From a virus (taxonomy: Duplodnaviria > Caudoviricetes): DNA of 27,597 bases. Shown here piece by piece: positions 1-8,280 of the stretch (within the stretch, counting starts at the first letter, position 1; every line of letters begins with the position of its first letter). Made by a program: the position numbers and the translations under genes. Location: positions 1 through 27,597 of IMG/VR virus record IMGVR_UViG_3300048894_000144. One strand, written 5' to 3'. The notes below the pieces were generated by a model. That model did no database searches. It worked only from the letters and a program-made list of their open reading frames with translations, and was not told the origin of the DNA.

Positions 1-68
1 GTGGCCGATCGCCACGTCCGCGTGACGCCTCGCCCCACGTCCGCGCTGATGAGCCGGGGCCGGAGATT

Positions 69-212
69 ATGCCTGTGAAGTTCTTTGTATTGGCCGCGAT
101 GTTCGCCGCGGGCCTCATCGTCACGGTACCGCCGACGGCGCACGCGGGATCGTGCCAGACCCACTGCTATTGGATCGGCAACCAGCAGTATTGCAACACC
201 TACTGTTACTGA
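69..212 (+). CDS. 47-aa secreted Cys-rich micropeptide (signal peptide + 21-aa four-Cys mature peptide)
   Basis: Below the ORF-track size cutoff, translated by hand: MPVKFFVLAAMFAAGLIVTVPPTAHA|GSCQTHCYWIGNQQYCNTYCY. GGAG at 62-65, hydrophobic core and AHA signal peptidase I motif. Confidence 0.75.
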   Translation: MPVKFFVLAAMFAAGLIVTVPPTAHAGSCQTHCYWIGNQQYCNTYCY

Positions 213-281
213 ACCTCTGAACGGAAGGCCCGGCCGTGTGAGGGCCGGGTCACGCCGAACAACGATGCCGGAGTGCAACAT

Positions 282-551
282 ATGTCCGACACAATCCCCA
301 GCCAACACGAGTCAGCGGTCGCGCTCATGCGGGATCGCGCGAGCCAGCTCGCCGCCGAAATGCAGGGCCACGCGCGCAAACTGGAGGTCGCCACCGAGCG
401 GCACGAAGAGCTACTCGACATGATCGCGCTGCTCACGCGCAAGCCCCGCGCACGCAAGCCGCGGGCGGTGGCCGAGGCCCCGGCGAACGACGCGGCGGAG
501 GAAGCGCGGCCGAGCGTGTTCGCGGGGCCCGTAGCGGAAGAGGCGGCGTGA
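282..551 (+). CDS. hypothetical phage early protein (coiled-coil)
   Basis: ATG at 282 with GGAG at 270-273. Helical coiled-coil composition. The stop overlaps the next start (GTGA). Confidence 0.7.
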   Translation: MSDTIPSQHESAVALMRDRASQLAAEMQGHARKLEVATERHEELLDMIALLTRKPRARKPRAVAEAPANDAAEEARPSVFAGPVAEEAA

Positions 552-832
552 TGGCGAGCATTCACTTCGAACCTGAGGACTATCTCGACGAGGTCGATCT
601 TGATGCGCTGCTGGATGAGATCAAGCGGCGGCGGCGCAAGGAACGTTCCCTCGCGCCGCCGCCGGCCGAAATCGAGCCGTGGGCACCGGAAGGACTCGCC
701 GACGATTTGCGGACGGCGTTCTACGCGCGCAACGCAAGCCGGTTCGAAGCGCTGCTGATGGTGCTTCAGCCACACGAGGAAACGAAGGGCCTGCACCGGG
801 TGCGCCTGATGGAGGATCGTCCCAATGCCTGA
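548..832 (+). CDS. hypothetical phage protein
   Basis: Translationally coupled to both neighbours, GGAGG-like RBS upstream, natural amino-acid composition. Confidence 0.7.
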   Translation: MMASIHFEPEDYLDEVDLDALLDEIKRRRRKERSLAPPPAEIEPWAPEGLADDLRTAFYARNASRFEALLMVLQPHEETKGLHRVRLMEDRPNA

Positions 833-1010
833 CCCCGATCCGTTCACCTGTCCGCTCTGCGCCCGCATCTCGTACAACCCCCACGATGCGGCGCATCGGT
901 TCTGCGGGGTGTGCGGGTTCGTCGACGGCAAGCTGGCGGAGCGTCAGGCCCGGGGCGACCGGGAATACTACTCCTGGTTCACGCATGCGTGCGGAGCGGT
1001 TGATGAGTGA
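825..1010 (+). CDS. small zinc-ribbon-like phage protein
   Basis: CPLC...HRFCGVC motif, GGAGG RBS, overlaps both flanking genes. Confidence 0.65.
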   Translation: MPDPDPFTCPLCARISYNPHDAAHRFCGVCGFVDGKLAERQARGDREYYSWFTHACGAVDE

Positions 1011-1275
1011 GCTGATCCCGCGTTGGCTTAACCCCGAACAGACCGCGTCTTATGTCGGACGCAGGGTGGATGAGCTGCCCCGCCTGGTGCGCGCGGGAAA
1101 GCTGCCGACGCCATCGCTGCACTTCGGTCCCCGCTCGCCGCGGTGGGACAGGGTCCAGCTTGACTCGCTGTTCCTGGCCGAACAACCCTCACGCGACCTC
1201 GATCTGGACGCGGTCGAACAGGAGGCCGTGAATGGCATCATCGAGCGAGCGCGTCGTGCGAAGGCGCCTGGCTGA
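1003..1275 (+). CDS. xis: excisionase / AlpA-like HTH recombination directionality factor
   Basis: MSELIPRWLNPEQTASYVG...LVRAGKLPTP...SPRWDRVQLD is a typical Xis/AlpA winged HTH. It overlaps the integrase start. Start set at ATG 1003, not 679. Confidence 0.8.
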   Translation: MSELIPRWLNPEQTASYVGRRVDELPRLVRAGKLPTPSLHFGPRSPRWDRVQLDSLFLAEQPSRDLDLDAVEQEAVNGIIERARRAKAPG

Positions 1276-2209
1276 CGGTACCGTCAAGGAATACCGATAT
1301 GCCCGCGACCGGCCCAAGGTATCGAGGATCGCGCCGGGCAGCATCGACGCACTGATCAACGCCTACAAGCGCAGCCCGGAGTGGCTTTCGCTGAAGCCGG
1401 CGACGCACAAGAATTACGCCCACTATCTCCGCGACCTCGACCATATCGGTCACGTGCCGGTCGCCGCGGTGCGCCGCCGGTTGGTGCTCTCCCTGCGAGA
1501 CGCGATTTCATCGGAACGCGGCAAGGGTGCGGCCAACGTGTTCATGCGGGTGACCGCGACGCTGTTTCGCTGGGCCAGGGACCGCGACTGGATCGAGCAC
1601 TCGCCGATCGATCGCATCCGCCAGTTGCCCGGCGGTCATCTATTGGCCTGGACCTCGGACGAAGCCGATCGGGCGATGGCTGAATTGCCCGCTGAGCTGG
1701 CCCGCGTCGTGATCGTTGCCCGTTACACCGGCCAGCGGCGCGGCGACCTGATCGGCATGACGTGGCGGCAATACGACGGCCACGCCATTCGACTGGTTCA
1801 AGAAAAAGGCCGCCAGTCCACCGAGCGGGCGCCCGTTGTCATTCCGGCCCATCCGGTGCTGAAGGCGGCCCTGGACGACTGGCGACGCAGCGCGACCGGC
1901 TTCCACATTCTGACGTCGCGGACCGGCCAACCCTGGACGCGGAATCACCTCACCCACGAGATGCGGACCGAACTAAAGCGCCTCGGTATGCGGCCGGGTC
2001 TCAATGTGCACGGGCTCCGCAAACTCGCCGCGACCGCCCTGGCCGAGGCTGGCTGCACGACGCACGAGATCGCCGCGGTGACCGGCCACAAGTCGCTGGC
2101 GATGGTGCAACTTTACACCGCGTCAGCGGCACAGGAGCGCATGGCCGAGGCCGCGATCATACGGCTGAAAACAGCCCCGGTAAAAGACCGACAAACGGGC
2201 GGCAAGTGA
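1232..2209 (+). CDS. int: tyrosine recombinase (phage integrase)
   Basis: Catalytic motifs YTGQRRGD (R), HGLRK (HxxR), TGHKS (H) and QLYT (Y). Short basic N-terminal arm-binding-like segment. Confidence 0.95.
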   Translation: MASSSERVVRRRLADGTVKEYRYARDRPKVSRIAPGSIDALINAYKRSPEWLSLKPATHKNYAHYLRDLDHIGHVPVAAVRRRLVLSLRDAISSERGKGAANVFMRVTATLFRWARDRDWIEHSPIDRIRQLPGGHLLAWTSDEADRAMAELPAELARVVIVARYTGQRRGDLIGMTWRQYDGHAIRLVQEKGRQSTERAPVVIPAHPVLKAALDDWRRSATGFHILTSRTGQPWTRNHLTHEMRTELKRLGMRPGLNVHGLRKLAATALAEAGCTTHEIAAVTGHKSLAMVQLYTASAAQERMAEAAIIRLKTAPVKDRQTGGK

Positions 2210-2241
2210 TTGAAAGGCGTAGATATATGCTGCGGATAACG

Positions 2242-2270
2242 TTGATAGTGGGTTGCATTTCTTTTATAAT
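2242..2270 (+). promoter_or_regulatory. near-consensus sigma70 promoter (TTGATA-N17-TATAAT)
   Basis: -35 TTGATA at 2242-2247, -10 TATAAT at 2265-2270, 17-bp spacer. The ATG at 2277 lies at the expected +1 position. Confidence 0.7.
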
Positions 2271-2276
2271 CCGACG

Positions 2277-2876
2277 ATGAAAACAATCGCAAAGCGGCCC
2301 AATAATCTCATCGGAAAAGGCGGCGTCGGGCTGGTCATGTTCTACCTGGCCCGGCAGGGGATAGAGTTCGTCTTGACCTCAGATCGAAGCGACCAAGGCG
2401 ATATGTGGATCGATGGTCCTGGTGGCGTGCTCAAGGCTGAAATCAAAACCAGCACGAAGGAGGCGTGGCCCGTCAGGATCGAGCAAGCCCGCCGGGTTGA
2501 CGTATTTTTCTTTGTGCACTTGCTACGCGGCGAATGCTGGGTACTGTCGTCTGAGTGTGTCCGGTCCGCGATCAGAGCGGAGACACGATCGTCGGACACC
2601 GTTACGCTGACGATCAAACAAATTAAGCAGTTTTCCGAAGGAGATATGTCCCCCCTCGTACTTCATCCGAGCGGGGGGCGATACAGGGCGGAAGTTCGGG
2701 CGAGGGCGGTCCAGCTTAATCCAGAGTCGGTATCAACGCGCACGGTCAGGCGCAAACTCGCGAGCGGCGAAATGAAAGAATATCGGTATCACAGGCCGTC
2801 GCAAAAAAGGCCGCCAATGACACCCACAGCATTTTCCCTGTCGTTTTCCCAGCCCGTTAAAACGGATAGGTTTTAG
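2277..2876 (+). CDS. PD-(D/E)XK-type nuclease-fold protein with a C-terminal segment resembling the integrase N-terminus
   Basis: IGKGGVGLVMFYLARQG...GDMWID...KAEIKTS...VDVFFFV...WVL matches a PD-(D/E)XK layout. Lower GC than flanks. C-terminal RTVRRKLASGEMKEYRY resembles Int RVVRRRLADGTVKEYRY. Confidence 0.65.
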   Translation: MKTIAKRPNNLIGKGGVGLVMFYLARQGIEFVLTSDRSDQGDMWIDGPGGVLKAEIKTSTKEAWPVRIEQARRVDVFFFVHLLRGECWVLSSECVRSAIRAETRSSDTVTLTIKQIKQFSEGDMSPLVLHPSGGRYRAEVRARAVQLNPESVSTRTVRRKLASGEMKEYRYHRPSQKRPPMTPTAFSLSFSQPVKTDRF

Positions 2877-2937
2877 TTAGCAAATTCAATTCGTTACGGT
2901 GTTAACGTTTGCTGAACTGTAAGATGCTACCAGCGGA

Positions 2938-2950
2938 AATCAACCTGTTA
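2938..2950 (+). promoter_or_regulatory. IHF-binding consensus site in putative attP region
   Basis: AATCAACCTGTTA is an exact WATCAANNNNTTR match. One-mismatch copies at 2884-2896 (+) and 2203-2215 (-). Confidence 0.5.
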
Positions 2951-3067
2951 CGGAAACACGCGGGCAAGCCCTCTGACAATCGTTCAGGGTTTGTCGCACC
3001 CTCAACCCTGATGATCGCGGCGTTCCTGCTGTCGGTTTGCGGCCGGTGAGCGACGGCCAGTCGAAGA

Positions 3068-3091
3068 AAAGGGGCCTGCCGAGGCCCCTTT
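3068..3091. terminator. rho-independent terminator hairpin, possibly bidirectional
   Basis: AAAGGGGCCT-GCCG-AGGCCCCTTT perfect stem, followed by TTTTCTT on the - strand. Confidence 0.7.
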
Positions 3092-3283
3092 CCCTGGCCA
3101 GACCATGGCGCAGCGTTGGACCGCTGGCGCAGCACGATCTCGTACAGCCATTTCTCTGGCACGATTGACGGACGCGGTCCATGAACTTTATGTACGGATG
3201 CTACTATCGCGGTCCGCAGCCGATTCCTACGAGTGCGGATTACCACGAAGCCGGGGTCTCCAGCCCCGGCGGGTGGTGACTCA

Positions 3284-3469
3284 ATGAACGACAGCGACAT
3301 GGCATGGCTCATGGCGAAGTTGCGCGAAATGCTCGACGAATACGAGCAAGAGCCGTTCCGCGCTGACTGGCTTCAGGTGCACCGCCGCACCTACCGGCGC
3401 TATGACAACGATCAGGGCGTGACCCTGGTGGTGGGGATGGAGCCGGTTAGGGACGATGACGATGACTGA
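3284..3469 (+). CDS. small acidic hypothetical protein
   Basis: ATG at 3284 after GGTGGTG. MNDSDMAWLMAKLREMLDEYEQ... has natural composition. Confidence 0.5.
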   Translation: MNDSDMAWLMAKLREMLDEYEQEPFRADWLQVHRRTYRRYDNDQGVTLVVGMEPVRDDDDD

Positions 3470-3867
3470 GCATCGCGACATCATCAATTCATTGCAATAT
3501 GCGTGGCGTCGCGCAACAGACCGCGCCTTGTCGATGCGCTGAATGGCGCGGCACGAGCTGAGCGCGAGCACAAAAAAAGCCGGCGGTCCGGGGCGGATGA
3601 CGAAACCAGTGTCCCACTTGACTCAGGACGGACGAATCCGTCGGGGACTTGCGTTTGGTCGTGTTAAACAAAAGTCAAACGAATCGGAATGACGATGGTC
3701 GCCGGCACTTTGACGGCCGCTATATGCACCGGACCGATACCGATCATGCACAGAGATGCCTGACCGCCGCAGGCGCCACGCGCGCATAAACCGCCATTAA
3801 CCACATACGGGATTCTCGAGATGCACATTCTGTTTTTTCTCGCCGTCGCGACGGTCCCAGACATTCA

Positions 3868-4167
3868 ATGACGCCACTGCATTGGGACATTCTCGCCTCC
3901 TGCGTCATGGTCGCGTATTTTGTCGCGCTCTGGATCCACGCGCGCCCCGACCGATGGATGGCGTTCCAGTTCATCGTCAGCGTCACCGGCGGCATTCTGT
4001 TCGTTCTCGCCTGGTATTCCTACACGAAGCCGTTCGGCGACGCGGACAAGACTGTGCCGATCCTCGCTCTGATCGCGGGCTACTGGTTCAACAAGGGGGT
4101 TATGTTTTGCATCATCTGGGCGCGCTTCGGTCGGGCGGCGGCGCGCTCGATGCGGATGCTGGATTAA
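3868..4167 (+). CDS. small membrane protein with about 3 TM helices (moron-like)
   Basis: Three hydrophobic segments. Convergent with the end of the late operon, 4-nt stop overlap. Confidence 0.7.
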   Translation: MTPLHWDILASCVMVAYFVALWIHARPDRWMAFQFIVSVTGGILFVLAWYSYTKPFGDADKTVPILALIAGYWFNKGVMFCIIWARFGRAAARSMRMLD

Positions 4168-5849
4168 CGCCCCGAGAAGAGCGAAGGCAGCAGCCGGTTC
4201 TCGTAGAGGTTTTCGGTCCCGGTCACGGTGGCAAGCCGCGACGCGTCGAGCAGGCCCGCGCCGAGGCGATTGATGCGTGGTCCGGCGCCGGGGGTGATGG
4301 CGCCCTCGGCCAGCCGTGCCGTCGTCTCGGGGTTTCGCAGGTAATTGCCCATCATCCGGTTCGCCGCCAGCCCCGCGACCCCGCCGGCGGCGGCGAGAGG
4401 GTCGTGATAGAGCAGGGTCGGGCCGCCTATCGCCACCCCGCTCACCAACGCGCGGTCAGCCGTGCCCGTCTGTGGCGCCGACCGCATCAGCGTGCCGATG
4501 CGGGCCAGTTCGCCGATATTGCCGCCGCCTGTGTAGGCCATGCCGCCGGTGGAGGGATCGAACCGGCGCGAGGCCGTCTTCACCACCTGCATGAAGCCCA
4601 TCGGCGTGATGCCGCCGTCGCGCGAGCCGGCCGCGAGCTGATCGACCGTGCGCATGACGCGATACTGATACCGCGCCTCGTTCAACGCCTCCTGATCCGC
4701 CGGCGATGCGGAGCGCACGAACGCGTCGTCGAGCGCGTCGCGGATACGCCCGGCGTAGTGTGCGACATCGGGGTCGGCGCTGCCCTCCAGACGCGACAGC
4801 GGTCCCCCGTGATGGGTGAGCGTCTGATAGACGTCGCCGGGGATTTGCCCGCCGTTGCGCTGCACCAGCTCGTTGATGTTCTCGAGTTGCCTGCGGATTT
4901 GGCCGAACTGCTCGGTCTGTAAGGCCAGTCCGGCATCGGGCAGGATGTTGCCGAACTCCGCGTCCATGGCGTGGATTTCGGCCGGCGAGATTGCCGTGCG
5001 TCCCGCGACGGCATCGAACGTGCCGCCGATACGGTCCCGCGCGCGGGTCAGCACCTCGGGGGTAAATGCGGTGGCGCCTGGCTCGCCCATCTCGCGCGCG
5101 ATCGCGCCCTGCCAGGCGATTTTCTTGACCCGGTCGGCGGCCTCGGCGCCACTGAGCGGCAGCTTGCCCATCTGATCGGCGCCGATGCGGATCAGCGAAT
5201 TGTCGCTCATGTCGTGCGCGGCGATCGGAATGCCGTAGCGGTCCATGGCGCGCTGCGCGAGGGCGGCGTTTTCCGGCGTGACGCCCCCGCTGAGCGCGGC
5301 GTGCTCGATTTCGCGTCCCACCGCGCGAACTCCCGCTCCGGCGAACGGGGTGGCGATGGAGACGGCGGTCCCGGCCAACGGGCTTCCGGTCACCTGCTCG
5401 GTGGCGCCACCCGCCCCGGCGGCCACGACCTGGCCAACGGGCTGCGAATTCAGCGCCTCGCCCAGGCCACGCACGATGGGCGACGCCGCCTCCGCCAGCC
5501 GCGTGCCGACGCCCAGCCCCGGCAGCACGCCGGCCACGGGCCGCGTGATTCCGGAGATGGCCTGTTCCGCCGTAGTCGTGGACTCCGGAAAACCCAGCCG
5601 CGTGAGGTTTTCCGAGAACGGGGCGACCTGAGACAGACCAAGCGGGCGGAGGCCGAGGTTCAAACCCGCTCCGGCGAGATCATAGAGCGGCCCGAGCGTG
5701 CCCTCCAATACATCGCGCGTGCCAAGACCCAAACCCCGTCCGACGGTGCTCGGGGGCGGAGTTTGATCTGGCGCCGTCGTCGTCTTGGGTGCCGGGGCGA
5801 CAACCGATGGCGGGTGGTCGTCGTATTGGTCGAAGTGGTTGTCACCCAT
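4164..5849 (-). CDS. DNA ejection / internal virion protein (last of the ejection trio)
   Basis: 561 aa, Ala/Gly-rich and helical. N-terminal NHFDQYD motif typical of ejection proteins. Terminal position after the gp7-like gene, coupled to the upstream gene. Confidence 0.7.
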   Translation of the reverse strand: MGDNHFDQYDDHPPSVVAPAPKTTTAPDQTPPPSTVGRGLGLGTRDVLEGTLGPLYDLAGAGLNLGLRPLGLSQVAPFSENLTRLGFPESTTTAEQAISGITRPVAGVLPGLGVGTRLAEAASPIVRGLGEALNSQPVGQVVAAGAGGATEQVTGSPLAGTAVSIATPFAGAGVRAVGREIEHAALSGGVTPENAALAQRAMDRYGIPIAAHDMSDNSLIRIGADQMGKLPLSGAEAADRVKKIAWQGAIAREMGEPGATAFTPEVLTRARDRIGGTFDAVAGRTAISPAEIHAMDAEFGNILPDAGLALQTEQFGQIRRQLENINELVQRNGGQIPGDVYQTLTHHGGPLSRLEGSADPDVAHYAGRIRDALDDAFVRSASPADQEALNEARYQYRVMRTVDQLAAGSRDGGITPMGFMQVVKTASRRFDPSTGGMAYTGGGNIGELARIGTLMRSAPQTGTADRALVSGVAIGGPTLLYHDPLAAAGGVAGLAANRMMGNYLRNPETTARLAEGAITPGAGPRINRLGAGLLDASRLATVTGTENLYENRLLPSLFSGR

Positions 5850-8275
5850 TATTGCAACACCAGTTTGGCGGTTCCTTTGCCGTATTTCCTGTCGAACGCG
5901 CCCGCCAGTTTCGGATCGGCCTTCAGGTCATTCAGCGCCGCTTCCGGGATCGAGCCGAGAATGGCTTCCTCGATCACCGGGATCCGGCGTCCGCCTACCT
6001 CCGGCCCGTAGGCGCGATAACCTTGGAGCATCGTCTCGCGATTGACCTCCAGCATCCGCGTCAGTTTCGTCTTGATCGCTTCCGCCGAATCGGTTGGCGT
6101 CGGCACGAATGGCCTCAGACGGGCGGACTCCTGAGCGGATTGAGCGGAACCAGCCAGGTCGTGGAAGATGTGTCCCTGCACGTCGCCAATATCCGCGCGC
6201 AGCCGCACGCCTTCCGGGTCAGTCCGCTGTGACAGGAAATCGGGTTGTAACGCTATCGGGCCAACCGCGCCGGGATATGCCTGTAGACTCGCCAACGCCT
6301 TCGCGATCTTCGTCTGCCCTGTCGCATTTGCCAGCAGACCACCTATGATTGGCTGCGGTGCGAAATCGGGCTGTTTTTCCGTGCCCGGGATGGGCTTTGG
6401 CCCCGCCGCATCTGTTTTCCCCGGCAGCGGTGGGAACCGGGCGGGGATCTCGCGCGGGACGTGTGCCAGGACAGTGCCGCCCTTGCCGTCCGGCACCTGT
6501 TGCACTGGCCCCTCGGCGTATCTCGTTCGCATCAGGTCGTATTGATCTTCCTCCGCCGGGGTCAGCGGCATGCCCGCCCTGACCTTCGGCCCGATAGTCA
6601 GCAGCGTCCGTTCCATCCGCTCGTCGTCATTCTTGCCCTGGAGCGGATCGGCCGCCGCGGCGCGTTTCCGTTCTTCCTCCGCGGCCTGTCTCGCCGCCTC
6701 GTCAGCCGCGCGCTGGTCCGCCTGCGACTGGCGGCCGCGTTCATATTGGGTTTGCTCGGCCGCTACCTGGGCCTTCCGATATGCCTCCTGCCGGTCGTAA
6801 TTCTGCTGCGCCTCCAGCGCGGCCTGCGTCGCGGCCTGCTGCCGGCCCTGGATGTTGGCCTGTTTCCATTGCTCGATGTGCGCCGCGACATCGCCCACGG
6901 GCGTGCCGGACTGGACCATCGAGGCCGCGATCCGCACCTGGCTGGCGGTCAACCCGTTGGGCAGCACCGGCTCCAGCGGGATCACGCGCGACGGGGCGGG
7001 CGGCGGGGGGGGTAGCGGCGGCCGTTGCGCGGTCGGGGCTGCTGCTGGCGTTGGGGCCGCCCCTGGTGGCGTGCCCGGTGGTACTCCGGGCGCTGCTCCA
7101 GGCGGCGCGAGTGGATTTCCCGGGCCGCCGATCGTGATGCCCGCGAGCCCCGTCTGATACATCCGGTTCGGCGCCTCGACCGGTGGCAGCGTGGTCGCGG
7201 GAGCGGTGGTTTGTCCGGCCCCTGGCCCGGCGACGTCGGTCCCGCCCGTCCGCAGCGCGATGGGACTCGGGGGAATCGTGCCCGTCCCATCCGCCTGGCT
7301 TGTCTGAACCGGAGGCGGGATCGGCACCGCCGCGTTCGGGTTGACCCCTACCTCGGCCGGCGGGGTGATGGTGCCCGGCGCCGCATCCGGGGTGGCCGCG
7401 ACGCGTGGCCCGGCGTTGGGATTGAACGGCGGCGGCGCACCACCCGATGGCGGGATGGGCGGCGTGGGCAGCGGCGCGTTCGGATCGATCCAGGCCGTGC
7501 CGACACGCCCGCCCGGCTGCACGGCCGGGATATCGGAGGGCGGGCCGCCGGGGCCATGCACCGAGCCGAATGTCTGTTGCAGTAGCGGCGCGCCGCCCTG
7601 CGCGAATTTCTGGTAATAACCCTTGAGCGTGGTGCCGTTGCTGTCGGCCCGATCGAGATTGCCGCCGGAGGCGATGAACGCGCGCAGGCTACCGGTGCCG
7701 CCGAGGTGGGCCACCGCGCGGAGCCCGTTGCGGTCGAACTTGTCCGCTCCCGGCGTGCTGTCGATCGTCTTGTCGATGTCGGCGACGTGCGCCACGAACG
7801 CCGCGTGCTGCGCCGCCGGGTTCTTCAGGAAGTCATCCAGTGAGGCGACGTTGTAGGGCGCGATGTGGAACTGGCCCTTCCACTGGTTCGACTTCAGGTC
7901 CTCGCCCGGCGCCGGCGTGTAGAGTCCAAGATCGGCGAGGCGTCCGGCGCCGAACTGGAACTGCCCGGCATAGCCTCCGGCGTTGACCTTGTCGGCGGAA
8001 TTGCCGCCTTCGGAAAATCCCATCTGCTGCTCGAACGGCGTCGCGTCCGCGGGTGCCGCGGTGCCACCTCCGCCGCCCTTGAGGGAATCGATGAGCGCCT
8101 GCCCGCCCGCCTGTTGCAGGTCCAGCTTGCGTTGGTCGAGCCCCAGCCGTTGGCGATTGACATCGAGTTCGCCGAGCAGCGACTGCGATTCCGCGATGCT
8201 CTTGTCCACCGCGGCGGGGTTGTAGAGCACGTTCGGAAACGGCGACTGGACGGTCCAGGGCGTGAACTGGGGCAT
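5849..8275 (-). CDS. DNA ejection protein with lysozyme-like (lytic transglycosylase) domain, Pro-rich linker and coiled coil
   Basis: 808 aa. SEGGN...GYAGQFQFG lysozyme-superfamily-like motif near the N-terminus, long Pro-rich region, Q/A/E/R coiled coil. Confidence 0.7.
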   Translation of the reverse strand: MPQFTPWTVQSPFPNVLYNPAAVDKSIAESQSLLGELDVNRQRLGLDQRKLDLQQAGGQALIDSLKGGGGGTAAPADATPFEQQMGFSEGGNSADKVNAGGYAGQFQFGAGRLADLGLYTPAPGEDLKSNQWKGQFHIAPYNVASLDDFLKNPAAQHAAFVAHVADIDKTIDSTPGADKFDRNGLRAVAHLGGTGSLRAFIASGGNLDRADSNGTTLKGYYQKFAQGGAPLLQQTFGSVHGPGGPPSDIPAVQPGGRVGTAWIDPNAPLPTPPIPPSGGAPPPFNPNAGPRVAATPDAAPGTITPPAEVGVNPNAAVPIPPPVQTSQADGTGTIPPSPIALRTGGTDVAGPGAGQTTAPATTLPPVEAPNRMYQTGLAGITIGGPGNPLAPPGAAPGVPPGTPPGAAPTPAAAPTAQRPPLPPPPPAPSRVIPLEPVLPNGLTASQVRIAASMVQSGTPVGDVAAHIEQWKQANIQGRQQAATQAALEAQQNYDRQEAYRKAQVAAEQTQYERGRQSQADQRAADEAARQAAEEERKRAAAADPLQGKNDDERMERTLLTIGPKVRAGMPLTPAEEDQYDLMRTRYAEGPVQQVPDGKGGTVLAHVPREIPARFPPLPGKTDAAGPKPIPGTEKQPDFAPQPIIGGLLANATGQTKIAKALASLQAYPGAVGPIALQPDFLSQRTDPEGVRLRADIGDVQGHIFHDLAGSAQSAQESARLRPFVPTPTDSAEAIKTKLTRMLEVNRETMLQGYRAYGPEVGGRRIPVIEEAILGSIPEAALNDLKADPKLAGAFDRKYGKGTAKLVLQ

Positions 8276-8280
8276 GGCTA

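Noticed and set aside
12-45. 11-bp direct repeat CCACGTCCGCG at the window start
   Set aside because: Only two copies at the window edge, probably within a truncated upstream gene, and not interpretable.
2902-3312. ORFs 2902-3312 (-), 2940-3182 (-) and 3105-3287 (+)
   Set aside because: No convincing RBS or motifs, and the - strand ones cross a terminator hairpin. A short real ORF here cannot be excluded.
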